DNA of 64,000 nucleotides from Geosiphon pyriformis uo1 (taxonomy: Eukaryota > Fungi > Glomeromycota). The position numbers and the translations under genes were made by a program. The stretch spans positions 648,586 to 712,585 of the forward strand of contig JAAOMT010000718.1 in the NCBI GenBank assembly GCA_016748015.1, in the 5' to 3' direction. Shown one piece after another: positions 1 through 13,161 of this stretch. Position 1 is the stretch's first letter; every line of letters begins with the position of its first letter. The notes below the pieces were generated by a model. That model was not told the DNA's origin. It worked only from the letters and a program-made list of their open reading frames with translations, and did no database searches.

Positions 1-2386
1 AATATTATTGATAGAAAAAAATTCACTAGCAATATTAAGAGCATACTGTGTGGAAGCCTGGCAATCTCCTACCTAAATTGTATCATTTACAAAAGCACCA
101 GCAGCAAAAAAGAAGGACATCCCACCACTACTCTCAATTCTGCCAGTTCTTGCCACAAACTTAGTGTCAATCTTGTATCCACACAAATGTTCATGCCGTT
201 TGATCTCACACAATAGTGAATTATAGAAGATTCTCCAAAAAAGAGGAGAGAAAACCTCACCTTGATTCAAACCATTGTGCACATGATAGCCATCTGACAG
301 ACCAAAATCTGTCATGACCTTGTTAACTCTATTATTGTGTATGCCACTAAAGAAACTAATGAACTTACTGCACATCTTGATGTGCTTCAAGCTCACTTCC
401 AAGTAGTACCATCCAACTGAGTTATATGCTTTACTCATATCCTGCAACACTAACCAAAGTTTTCGATTTTTTTCCAAAGCATCCTCAACTACCGAGCCGA
501 CAGCAAACACTGGAGACTGGATAGACGTACCCTTTAAAACAGAAAAATTATCACCACACAGAACACCAAACTTGCTACAAGCTGACAAAATCCTGTCAGA
601 AAGAACCTTGGAGAGAATCTTCCTGGCAGTCTCGATCAGTGCAATAAGCCGAGTGTTCGTAAGAACCCCATCCCAGTCATAAGGTTTCGGAATCATCGAA
701 ACCTACACTTTCCTCCACAAAGTAGGCATACTCTCAACAACCAGACACGTATTTAACAGCTCCAGAAGGCAACCCAACACCACATCACTATCATGCTTCC
801 ACAGCTCATTAAAAATGCCAGACAAGCCAGCAGTCTTGTCATCAAGCAGACCCTCAACAACTAAGAACAGTTCACCCAAACTGATTTCACGCATTACCCC
901 AGAAAAAACATCATCCCATACATGATCCAGAGATGCATACTGGCAAGCCCAGAGTTCAGACACCACTATAGGCACCACCTGCTTCCTCGTCCATCCCACT
1001 ATAATCTCATTCACTTTAGACTTCACTTCCACAGGTTCCAGAACCAAACCATCATCAACAACCAAATGATCAAGAATTATCTTGCAAAAAGGCTGATCCA
1101 ATACACTCCTTATCATGCTCCCTTTATTAAAAGCAAAACTCTCTATGTGTCTCTCTACAGCTCTCCTAATAGAAACTTCCTCAGCCAACCTCGATTCAAA
1201 CATCTTTGACTTCCTGTATTCTTTGCGATTTGATGACAGGTACTTAAAAAGAACCATACTACTTACATTCAATCTAACCAAATCAGAGAATGCACAAGCT
1301 TTGGCCTCATCCAAAGTAGATCATTTCCTTATAAGATGATCAACTTCAAGCACGTTACTAGCGCAAACCACATCAACAATCTTGGCAATGAGTAAATCCA
1401 ACCCAAAGAACTTTGAAGAATGCTTATTTCTAGAACATTAAAATTCACTAAACCATTGTCTGGAAAAAATCTTATCAGCAGACTCAACCATTACTTTTCC
1501 TAAAATTGTTTACATAGTATCCAAATCACCACCAGCTTTGGCATCAGAGAAGAAGTCCTTGATCAACAGAAGCTTAGCTGAAACACAATTCCTAAACTCA
1601 GACCACTTGGAAGCATCTGCGTCTTTGATCTTGAACTTCCAACGATTCTTGTTAGCCTGCTTGCACAAACTATTTAGCTGAACATCCAAAAGTCTGCCCA
1701 GACCAACTGACACCATGACAGCCTTGTGGTCTGTATCAAAAAATTCTGAGACTGACCCAACCCAATGCTTAGCAACAGCAGAAGACAGATTTTCACTAAC
1801 CAAAATGTAATCAATAGTTTTTTCTATCCCTCTCAAGTTGCTTTATGTAAAAGCCTTTGCCAACTGATGGCCAGCAAGCAAATTGACCAGACCAAGACCC
1901 ATAACTCACACTCCTCCCAGATTCATTTTTGTTAAAATCCCCATCCAAGACAACAAAATTGCTGGCATTAACAGCCTTAGCAATGAATGAATTAACCTCA
2001 GATGCCTGCCTAAAATGAACGCCCAGAGATGCGCCAGCATACAAACCAAGTACAGTTACTGAAAGCTTGCCTTTGAACAAAAGACGCACTAAAATAACTT
2101 GACCAGGGATCTTTTCAATCTTAGAAACATGTCAAACCAATGAACTGTTCATAATAATTGCAACTCCAGCACTAACAAAACTCTTATCCAATCCTGAAGA
2201 AAAAATTTGCACTCCGTCGAACTTATCTGCAATCCATGGCCTAATAGAAGACCTCAACTTTGTTTCCGTAACAAACAAGACCAAATTGCCAGAATTGCAA
2301 TGTCAACGTACAACATCCTCCTGCTTGGCAGGGACATTGATTCCACAAACATTACATGTAGCAAATTTCCAAACCAGACTGCTCAT
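1..2386 (-). pseudogene. LINE ORF2 (AP endonuclease + reverse transcriptase), fragmented
   Basis: Starts MSSLVWKFATCNVCGIN...ETKL (APE), then GDFN and KTIDYILVS. RT motifs: MIPKPYDW, NTRLIALIET, LQDMSKAYNSV, GLNQGEVFSP, AFVNDTI. Stops at 73, 703, 1321, 1438, 1510, 2132; frameshift near 1900. Confidence 0.93.
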
Positions 2387-4233
2387 TGGGATGAAAGCAG
2401 TAAAGAAGAACCCAAATCAGAACACAAGAGATCCAATCTCGCCAAAACAGAACCAACTAAAGCCTTCAAAGCCGACATTTTAGACTTCAAACCACCCACT
2501 TTGGTGGTCAGAACCTTTGAACTACTTGAACTGAAACCTGCATCCAACTCAACATTTGAGAGAGAGGGAGAGAGTAATGTCAATGTGCCATCCAAAACCA
2601 TATCTGAGTCCAAAACAGGAGCCATAGGTACAGAGCCAACCAAAGAAAGAGTATTAGAAGATGGCACCATAGGCACCAATTCAACAAAATTCAATTTCCT
2701 AAGAATGCCAGAAACCTGGTCAGCCAAAAGTTCAAGAGAGCGCTCCAAAGATGCCAACTGAGCATCCAAGGGAGACTCATCAATTGGGGAGGAGGGAGCA
2801 CTACCAACCAAATCCGAAGCACCTGACAAAGAGGGGCCAAAACCAAAACCAGAATTAGAGGGAGAGCCACCAGCAGAGGAAGCAAGAGAGACCACCTGAG
2901 CCCAAGATTTGCCACCAAAGGCAGCAGAGTGAGAGATAGAAACATTTTTTTTTACATATAACTTGGCTAAATGAAAACGATCCACACTGAAAACATGTCT
3001 TTCTTTTTTCAAAGCAATAGAAGGTGCAGGAACAGAAACATCAGAAGCATCACATTCCAAGACTGAGTGTTCAAATCTCCCACACTTTTCACACTGAACC
3101 AAGCCTAACCTAGCCCAAGAAAGTCTCACACTGCCAAAAATTGGTTCCGTGCAAAAAGCAGCTTCCAGCTTCTCCTCAGAATCAAAACCAACCACAGCAC
3201 AGCAAATCCTATTGCCTGTTTCAAATGACTGATTGATAATGCAAGTTTTCTTATCAGTCTCCTTTAACAGATTGCCAAAATTATGAGCTGTTGTTCCTAC
3301 TGGCAAAGTAAACAACAGTGCTCTGAACTGATCTCTAGAAGTCCAAGTCTTGCAATCTCCCACAGCCATAGTCATATGCACCAAATCTTTCCTGATTAGG
3401 AATGACCACTTAGAAGCCAATTGCACTGCCTGTTCCAATTTGGCAAACTCAACCACAGCCTTCTGCCATAGCCCAACCAGTTGTATGTGGATCGACTTAA
3501 TTTCTCCAAATTCAGTTACTGCGGTAATGATCATGCCTTTAGGCGTATCCATGGGAATTTTCTTGATTATTATGGTCCGATCTGAGCAAATTTCTTGTCT
3601 TTTGAGATCACTGTTTACAATGATTCCCTTTTTCCTAGTCAATGATGCAGCTCTTTCCATGTTTTTTTCTGACATGAATGTAGATCTGATGATCCCTTCA
3701 AATTTTGAGGGGGTAGTAGCCCCCCCAAAACCATTGATTCCTGAAAATAATTTCCTTATGACCTGAGTTTTGGCCGTTGCCAATTTCCTTTCTACAGCCA
3801 AAAGATTAATGTCCAAAGCAAATGATTTTTTCATGGTAACTTTCACTTGAGTTTTAATGATTTTGGGATCCACCCACACCTTATCCAAAGAGAAAGACTT
3901 ATGAGGAGGAGGGGAAACTTCCTTTTCTTCCTCCATGTCATAATTAATAGAGCCAAGAGGGGAGCCGACAGTTGCACTATTATTGAAACACTTGGCTTAA
4001 GGTGTATTCATCCTGGAATCAGGTACTTCTTTACCTTTGGAAGCTTCTCCATCAGTATCCATGTCATTAAACTGCCTGACCACACGACCAGACCCACCAC
4101 TTTTGAGAATTGCATCACTACTTGAGAACTTGGTACCACTGGAGAGTTTTTTGATTTTATGACCTAAATCACCACCAACTGAACCAGTAGTTGAAACTCT
4201 GGCTGACCTTCTCTTAACACTAGGGCCACTCAT
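2383..4233 (-). pseudogene. LINE ORF1 (gag-like, RRM-like region + CX2CX4HX4C zinc knuckle + coiled coil)
   Basis: ORFs 3997..4320 and 2383..3936 are in frame, split by TAA at 3997. Knuckle CEKCGRFEHSVLEC. ATG at 4233 (MSGPSVKRRS). Confidence 0.88.
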
Positions 4234-4914
4234 AATGGCAGCTGGACTGACAACGAAAGGGTTTGTTTCTTGTAAAATGGTGGAAGACAGTATATAAAAA
4301 AACAGAAAAACTTTTTTCAAAATTTTGACTCTTTTTCAGGAATTTGAGATGAAGGAGAGAAAAAAGTTTTTTGTAGTTAAGCAAGTAAAATTAAAAATAA
4401 TGTAATTGAAAATAGTAATTTAATATTTGTTTTTTGTTTAAATATTTGCAAATATTTAACTGTAATTTGAGAAATATTGTAAGTAATTCTGAAGTTTGCT
4501 TTTGTCTTTGTTTTTTTTTACTGTTTTTTGGTTCAAATTTTAAGTCAAAAAAAATTTTAAGTTATATTAAGTATTTTTTTTCACAATATTAAATAATATT
4601 AAAATCAAGTTTTTAAAAATAAGTATCAGATATTTGGTTGTTGAAATCTTTAATACTTAAGTAAAAATAGTGTAACAAGTTTTTATATAGTTTTTTTTTA
4701 ACTTTAAATATGTTGTAATCTTTAAAAAAGTAGTTATTAATACAATTTTTAATATATTAGTAAAGTGTTTTTTTGAAAATTTTAATTTTATTCAAGATGT
4801 TAAATTTTTGTTTGCAATAAATGTAAATTGATTGACAATATTCTAAAGTAGTTATGTCTGTTAAAGTTGTCATTTTGAAGTTGTTGTTATATTAATTTGT
4901 AAAAAAACACCAAA

Positions 4915-5865
4915 TATTATTAGAAATTTTTGGTCTCTTTTTTTAAATATAATTAATGTTAATTTACTAGTATTTTCTAATTATTAGAAGTTATTAAACC
5001 TTTAATTACTGAATTTATTTTCAAATTATTTTTTATAATTTAAACTGCTAGTTTTATAAATAAAATAACTAATTCTATATTAGTTATTTTTATAATTACT
5101 TTATAGTAAAATTTAACTTTTTTTTAAAAAATGGTTGTTTAAAAACTTATTAAAAATATATAATTACTTTGCTGTAAAAGTCAATTCTTTTACAGAAGTC
5201 TTGTTTGTAAACTATCCTAATAAATATAATTAAAATAAAAATATAAAAAAAAATTTTGTTAAAAATTTTGTCTTCTGTTCAAATTTAAAGTTAATAATAG
5301 ATTACTGAAATTTATAGCTAGTCAATTTCAAAATATTAATTGAGATTTGAGAAATTTTAAATAAACTAATTATAATTTTGTTGTTGTTTAATATAGTTTT
5401 TATTAGAATGATTTGTATAAATATTAAGAAAAATATTTTTAATGAAAATAATTCTAGCTAAAATATATTTTTTTAAAGAAAGAAGCTTTTTTTTATACAG
5501 CTTATTATAATACTAGTTTATAAATTTGCACTTTTTTTTTGCTATTATTTTGTTAAACTAAAGATATATTTTAACAAATTACAAGTTATTTATATAAACT
5601 ATTTAGTATTTTGGTAAACTATTAATTATTTTTACAAATTTTTACAAATTTTAATAAATTTTTAAATTTTACATAGTTTGAAGTATTGTGTGATCTAATT
5701 ATTACAATTTGTGTATTGTATAAATTAAATTATTAATTAAATAGTAATTCAAATAATTTAATAAAATAATAAGTAATAAATTGAAATAATAATATATATT
5801 AATTAATAATAAGAATTATAAAAATAATTTTATGCTAAATAATATTTCAAATTTTATTGATAACA
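4915..5865 (-). mobile_element. Solo LTR family 1, copy A (heavily C>T/G>A mutated)
   Basis: Aligns along most of its length with 6181-7149 (same orientation) and with the reverse complement of 9331-10293. Termini TATTATTAGA...GATAACA derive from TGTTACCGGA...GGTAACA. Strand is given relative to copy C. Confidence 0.8.
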
Positions 5866-6180
5866 TTATATTTGAAATTTCTTTGTCAATAAAAGCAGTA
5901 ACCAAATTTGACAATATAAAAATATAATTAATTTTTTTTGATTCTTCTTGAATTCTTTTATATAAAAAATTTAATAAATAAACTACTAACTAAAAAATTA
6001 ACTAAACTTAAATCTACACATTTTTTGAAACTAATATTATGCTTAATACTATCTTTATTAAAATTATTCTCAAAATAACAAAAATACTTTTATTAAATAT
6101 ATTGACTATAAAAAAATTAATAATAATTGTTTAATTCAAATATTATTTTAGAAATACTCTTATATATAAACTTAAAACAG

Positions 6181-7149
6181 TATTACTGGAGGTTTTTGGT
6201 CTCTTTTCTTGAATGTTGTTAATGTTAATTTGCTGTGAATTCATGTTCTCAGAAAGTAGTTAAACCTCTAGTAACTGAATTTATCTTTAAATTATCTCCT
6301 ATAATTTGAACTGCTGGGCTTATAAGTAGAATGGCCAATTTCTTATTAGTTACTTTATGTAGTTATACTGTAGTAAATGTCAACTCTTTCCCAGAAATTG
6401 CTCATCTGGAAGCTCACTAAAAATGTGTAGTTACTTTGCTGTGAAAATTAACTCTTCTACAGGAATCTCATCTGTAGGCTACTTTAATAATTATAATAAG
6501 AAAAAAAATAAAAATAAAAGAAATATAAAAGAAATAGAATTTTATCAAGGGAAACGTTTTCTATCCAGACCTGGAGTCACTAACAGTTTACTGAAATTGG
6601 TAGCTAATCAATTTCAAAATGTTAATTGTGTTGAGAAAATTTCAAGTGTAATAATCAAAGAATTTGGTTTTTGAATATTTAATTTTTATTTGAGATATGT
6701 AAAAAGTAATTTGTTCTAATTAAGATACTTAAAATAAGATACTATGGTAAGATATGAGAAGATATATTTTCTTGAAAAAAGAAGCTCTTTTTTTATACAA
6801 CTTGTTATAGTACTAGTTTTTTGAACTTGTACTTTTCTCTTTGCTACAATTTGGATGAATTAAAGATACATTTTGGCAAACTACAAGTTATTTTACTGAA
6901 CTATTGATTATTTCGGCCAATTTTCATTAATTTCGTTAAATTTTGACTATGTTAAATGGTTCAGAGTATTGTGTAATTTAATCATTTTAATTTCTAGAGT
7001 ACAAATTAAATTATTGATTGAGTAATAATATTTGATAATTTGATTAAATAATAAGTAATAATCAAAAATAATAATAATATATGTTAATTAATAATAGGAA
7101 TTATGAGGATAATTTCATGCTAATTAATAGCTAAATTCTACTGGTAATA
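6181..7149 (-). mobile_element. Solo LTR family 1, copy B
   Basis: Near full-length inverted copy of 9331-10293; the differences are mostly transitions. Confidence 0.88.
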
Positions 7150-8329
7150 AAAAAAACTGATTATTAAAAATCTTTAAAATTTTTGAAACATATTTAACTA
7201 AATATTTATTTACAATTAAAGTCACACTAATATTTAAATAATCTAAATTTAAATTAAAAGTAAATACTCTTATACTTATAAACTTATTTACAACTTATGA
7301 TTTGATACTAAAACAAAGCTTAGTCTTAGTAATAATTAAAATATTATTTTTTGATTCTTTATGTTATCTAATAATATTATCTTGCTTAACAAAAACATTT
7401 ATTTTTTTAACATTATATGTAGCTATATTTTAAGTTAAATTACTTATTATAAATGAAAATAAAATATTACCTTATTATTTAAATTAAAAAATTTTAGTTT
7501 ATTTATAATAAATTTAATTAAACTTTTTAAAATTATTATGTTAGCTTTCAAATTACCAAGTTTAGTAATAAAAATTTTGGATTTATTAAGAGATATATTC
7601 TAGAAAATATCAGAATTAATACATAAAAAAAAATTAAACAATGATTCATTAACAGTCATGTTCAATACAAAGTCAACATTTAAAACAGATATTTTTACAA
7701 TATATTATAATAATAACAAATAAAAAAAGCTATCCAATTTGCAAGAAATTTTAATGACATAATTAAACAAAAGCTTTAAAAAGTATTTAAGAATATTTAA
7801 CTAAAAAACCAAAATTAAAATAACAGAAACTTTTTTAAAATCATTAACAAATATATCTATCAATAAATTACCAGTAAACAACTCAAATAAAAAATGTTTT
7901 GATTTATTACTTATCATAAAAGTTTATGTTATTCTATCAAAAAAAACCAGACAAAACACAAAAATCTGCTTTTTAGCATATATAAAAATAAGACATTTTT
8001 TATCTGATTCTGAAAAAAAAATTTAAACTCTAATTAAATAGTTTAAAACTACTCTTACAAATAGCTAAAATATAATTAAATATCTTATATTTAATATACT
8101 TAAAAAATAACAAACCAGTCCAAATCAAATTAATTTTTCTAAAGACAGAAATCAAACAAATAGTAATATTTTTGGCTATAACAAACTTAAAACACACAAT
8201 AATACAGTATATTCATATATAAAATACAGAATTATAAGATATAAAACATGTTTTCTTATTATAAAACTAGACTAAACATAATAAATTGTAAACAATAGTG
8301 CTTATTAATAAAGTATATAAGAAAGCACA

Positions 8330-9300
8330 ATAGCAGTTTTTTTGATTTTATGTTAGTTTGTTAGTATTGGCTTTGGTAATATGTATTGAGTTTTTTTTAA
8401 CAAGATTAATTATTTGAAAACAATTAGATTAATAATTTCAAAATTCTTAAACTTAACCAAAGCTTTTTGTCAAAAACCAATAAATTGTATTTTAATAAAA
8501 ACAATCTTATCAAATTTAGAAAATATTAATATTTTTAGATTGGCATTAACTAAAATTTTTTTTTTATAGCTAATTGTTTTATAGCTTTAAGACTATATTC
8601 TGATGTAAAAAATATTCTAATAATGTCTTAGAATTTTAAAAAAGTTAACACTTTTCCAAAACTGTTAATTTTATAAAATAATTTTTTTACAAACTTGAAT
8701 TTATTATTTAAATTTTTGTCAAATATAGCCAAAAAGTTGATGTTTAATGCAAATAATTTAACTAAATTAAAGTTTTTTTTTAATATATACATTTAAGTAC
8801 CAAATAAAATCAATTGACAGAAATAATAAAAAAATAAAAACATTATTATTATTATTAAAGCCAAAATTACATAAGCCAATAGAAAAAATTAATATTTTTT
8901 TAAAGTTAAAACACTTTATTTTTGGAATATTGGTGTAAAATTCAGCAGTTTTTTATTTTTATTTTTAGTATTATTGTTAATATTAAATATAGCCAAACTC
9001 TTAATCATATTATCAAAAAACTGTTCATGTTTTCAAAATGATTAACATTATATAATAATATCTTGAATTCTAAATTTGCTTTATTACTTAAGTGTTTTAC
9101 TTTATTAATTAATATTTTTGGCTTTTATATTAAACTTTTATTTATTGAACTTAAAACAACAATACAAGCCAATTTTTTTTAGATATAGTACTATTAATAA
9201 TAATTGACAAAGCAATAAAAAAAAAGTTTATAATTTAAAAAATTGCAAATTTGAAATAGCAAAGAAAAACAAAACAAAAAAAACTAAAAACTTTTTTTAT
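8330..9300 (-). pseudogene. Hypermutated relic of a LINE ORF1 (related to 3340-4320)
   Basis: 8600-8760 aligns with 3668-3830, e.g. TATAGCCAAAAAGTTGATGTTTAATGCAAATAATTT vs TACAGCCAAAAGATTAATGTCCAAAGCAAATGATTT. Boundaries are approximate. Confidence 0.7.
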
Positions 9301-9330
9301 TAAATTAGCTCTTTAGAGAATTTTAGATGT

Positions 9331-10293
9331 TGTTACCAGTAGAATTTTAGCTATTAATTAGCATGAAATTACCCTCATAATTCCTATTATTAATTAGCAT
9401 ATATTATTATTATTTCGATTACCACTTATTATTTAATCAAATTATCAAATATCATTACTCAATCAATAATCCGATTTGTACCATAGAAATTAAGATGATC
9501 AAATTACACAATACTCTGAACCATTTAATATAGTCAAAATTCGCCAAAATTAATGAAAATTGGTCGAAATAATCAATAGTTTAGTAAAATAACTTGTAGT
9601 TTGCCGAAATGTATCTTTAATTCACCCAAATTGTAGCAAAGAGAAAAGTGCAAGTTCAAAAACTAGTACTATAACAAATTGTATAAAATAAGAGCTTCTC
9701 TCTTCAAGAAAATGTATCTTCTCATAATATCTTAACATAGTATCTTACTTTAGATATCTTAATTGGAACAAATCATCTTTTACACATTTCAAATAAAAAT
9801 TAAATATTCGAAAAACAAATCCTTTGATTATTACACTTGAAATTCTCCCAACACAACTAACGTTTTGAAATTGATTAGCTACCAATTTCAGTAAACTGTT
9901 AGTGACTCCAGGCCTAAATAGAAAACGTTTTCTCTTGACAAAATTCTATTTCTTTTATATTTCTTTTCTTTTCTTATTACAATCATTAAGGTAGCCTACA
10001 GATGAGATTCCTGTAGAAGAGTTGACTTTCACAGCAAAGTAACTACACATTTTTAGTGAGCTTCTGAACGAGCAATTCCTGAGAAAGAGTTGACATTTAC
10101 TACAACATAACTACACAAAGTAACTGGCATGGAATTGGCCATTCTACTTATAAGCTTGGCAGTTCAAATTATAGGAGATAATTTGAAGATAAATTCAGTT
10201 ATTGGAGGTTCAACTGCTTCCAGAAAACGTGAAAGTAGCAACAGACAAACATTAACAACATTCAAGAAAAGAGACCAAAAACCTCCGGTAACA
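9331..10293 (+). mobile_element. Solo LTR family 1, copy C (best preserved)
   Basis: TGTTACC...GGTAACA termini; perfect 4-bp TSD ATGT at 9327-9330 and 10294-10297; 963 bp; non-coding. Confidence 0.9.
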
Positions 10294-12318
10294 ATGTAAA
10301 AAAAAGAAGTTTATTATTATAGTTTATGTTTTTGTATATAAATATATTTAATTTTAAAAATTAAATTAATTAAATAAAACTAAAGTTGTTTTTTTTTTTA
10401 ATAGTATTGTTTTTAATAATACTTAAAAAAAATTGTTAATTATCAAAAAATTTTAAATAAATAATTTTTATTTTAATATTTTATATTTAATATTTTTTTT
10501 AAAAATAATATTAAGCTATTTTATATAAATTTGCTTTTTAAGTTTTTTAAATACTATTATTTAAATTAATTTTGTTAATTTTTTTTAAAGTTGTTAAGTT
10601 TTTAGTAATTTTTAAATTTATGTTATTATTAAAAAAATTTAATTTATTAATTAACATAAAATTATTTTTATTATTTTTATTAAAAATTAATATTTTTATT
10701 ATTTAATTAATAATCTAATTTAAATAATACACAAATATAAACAAATACTCTTTGTTTCCTTAATTTTATGACCATGACCAGAGCAAAGAGTAAAAAAGCT
10801 GCACCTGATATCTGTTCTGAGATATCTAATAAAATTTCAACCAAAGGAGCTCTCTTTGTTGTAGAAGCAACTAGGCAAAACGTTTTAGAGGCCTTTTTTT
10901 TATCTAGTAATCATAATAAGCTGCCTTTGATAGCCACTGAAGCAACTTCCTCATCTTTGGCTGGTTTCTCACCAGTCAAAGTTTCCTTAAAGAAACACAC
11001 TTGGGTTAGTCCCAGTATTGCCTTTACCCTGACTAAGAGTCCAAAAGTTTTTAATAATAGACCAATAAATAAGCTGGTTTTTCCCTTTATAGATTTAATA
11101 CCTGGTGCTTCTAACACCATCTCTTTAAAAAAAATAGTCAAAAAAACCAAAAGTTCAGAAAAGTGGGGGCAATCACTTGCTTCTGCTATTGTTACACCAA
11201 ACCCTTTTGTAGTTCCAAATGAGATTTTAGATGAGATCCCCATAGCATTATCTGGCACATTGTCCAAGATGGGCCAAGATTAACCACTGGCTGTGTTGCC
11301 AAATATGGTATCTTCTGACAGATCATTGCCAGTTTTAGAAGCAAAACAATTTCCTTCTATTGGGTTATCTGTTCTTGAGAATTGGGCTGATCAAATAGAG
11401 ACTGAATTATCTTCTTCTCTAGTTTCTGGTGCTATTTCTGGTGGTGCTTAGGAAACTATTGCTAGTCATCAAAGGTTTGCTGAGTGAGTGGTCTTCACTC
11501 TGGTGTCTGATATTACTTTTAAGATTAAATTAGCTTATGTTAAGGCTCTTTTTCAGTCAGTACATGGTTTTTTGAATGCAAAGTCAGTATCAAAAGACAA
11601 TGTAAAGCTGTTTTGTGTAGAATTTGCTTCTCAAGTGTCTTTGGAAGCTGCATTTTTAGTTGAGCTTGCAAGCTCCGTACATTTGGCCACTTTCAAAATT
11701 GCCAAGTCTTTGGTGATTTCTGAGTCTGGTTCCCTTTCTGCTGCTGTTGCACTGCATGATATGCCCTTGGGTGTGTCTACTGCTAACATTAAAATGGCTC
11801 TCAGTGTGTTTGGTAGTGTTACTCGTGTTGTGCTGAAGTCTACTGGTATTTGGCAGTATGTGGTGGTTTATTTTGAAAAGTTGAACTCTGCTGTGTCTGC
11901 TTTGAATTATTGGTCTGTCTTGGTGGACAAGAATAGTGTTAGAATCCTCTCTCTGGTGAATCAAAATGAGACTATTTTGTCTTGTGATAAGTTTAAGACC
12001 AAGTTGGTCAATCTTTTTTCTAAATGCACAGCTTTTGAAATTAGTAATATGATTTCTTAAGTTGGTAGTTAGACATGCTTTATTTTTTGTTCTCCTGAGT
12101 CTGGTCATTATTTTCGGTTTGCTCTGATTATATTTGGTTCTCAAGCTGATTTGGATTCTGCTGTTGTCAAAACTGGTACACTAAAGAAGTGCCGTATTTG
12201 GTGGGAAACCTCTGGTTATCAGCATTGTTTTAAGTATCAAGAGTTGGGTTATCTAACTGCTGATTATAAGGTTTCTTTGCCTCCTTCTCTCAAGTCTCCT
12301 AAGATGTTTACACTCCGC

Positions 12319-13161
12319 TGTTACGGTTTAAGAATTTAGCAAAAAGAATCATAAAAATAATACAAACTATTCAATCATAATATAGCACAGTAATAATCTT
12401 AGAAAGGTAATGATTAACATAGTAGCAAACACCATCTCGCGATAGTGGCAAGCACCAGTTCACAATAGCAGCCAACACCAACTGGTGATAGCAGCAAGCA
12501 CCAGGTTGAAATATNNNNNNNNNNNNNNNNNNNNNNNNNNNNNNNNNNNNNNNNNNNNNNNNNNNNNNNNNNNNNNNNNNNNNNNNNNNNNNNNNNNNNN
12601 NNNNNNNNNNNNNNNNNNNNNNNNNNNNNNNNNNNNNNNNNNNNNNNNNNNNNNNNNNNNNNNNNNNNNNNNNNNNNNNNNNNNNNNNNNNNNNNNNNNN
12701 NNNNNNNNNNNNNNNNNNNNNNNNNNNNNNNNNNNNNNNNNNNNNNNNNNNNNNNNNNNNNNNNNNNNNNNNNNNNNNNNNNNNNNNNNNNNNNNNNNNN
12801 NNNNNNNNNNNNNNNNNNNNNNNNNNNNNNNNNNNNNNNNNNNNNNNNNNNNAGAAAAGCGCTAAAGACCATTAACATTCTGTGTTTCTAGATTAGAGAA
12901 ACACATCAGGCAATTGCAAGGATAGCCTCAGAGAAGACCCCAGACAGTGGGTAGATTTCAGTTCAGCCTCTGAGAAGGAGTACATAAACACACACAACAA
13001 TCAAGAATTAAAGAATAACTTACATCGCAACAGTAAAAAGAAAGCCTTCAGTGTAACAGTGACATTATCACACAAATAGAATTGAGGAACTCACGAAAGA
13101 CTGATTGCAATTAAAGCGGGATATCAGCAATTAAATATAACAAGAAAACCATCCCGTAACA
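12319..13161. mobile_element. LTR family 2 insertion (solo LTR or collapsed full element; contains assembly gap)
   Basis: Perfect 8-bp inverted termini TGTTACGG...CCGTAACA; TSD CCGC at 12315-12318 and 13162-13165. Removing it restores the host frame KMFTLR|FVGFIFYAKASA. Confidence 0.9.
12515..12852. other. Assembly gap (N run)
   Basis: 338 consecutive N. Confidence 1.

Larger units (their letters stand above)
1..4370 (-). mobile_element. Non-LTR retrotransposon (LINE, APE-type; 5'UTR-ORF1-ORF2), inactivated, runs off the left edge
   Basis: ORF1 with CCHC knuckle is followed by APE endonuclease and reverse transcriptase motifs. There are multiple in-frame stops and CpG is depleted. Confidence 0.95.

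Noticed and set aside
73-2386. Alternative genetic code or stop readthrough to explain in-frame stops in the retroelements
   Set aside because: All three stop types occur alongside missense damage to catalytic residues, and host genes use standard stops; mutation explains them.
922-4125. Plus-strand ORFs antisense to the LINE (also 10911-12144 antisense to copy F)
   Set aside because: Shadow frames of GT-rich coding sequence with no motifs.
6423-6674. 83-aa ORF
   Set aside because: Lies within LTR copy B, has no recognisable motif, and spans an A-rich stretch that differs in length between copies.
4915-7149. LTR copies A and B as the two LTRs of one TRIM-like element
   Set aside because: Their central segments and mutation loads differ, and no shared TSD or PBS/PPT is recognisable; independent insertions are more likely.
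12414-12878. ORFs of 154 and 126 aa
   Set aside because: Artefacts of translating the N gap.
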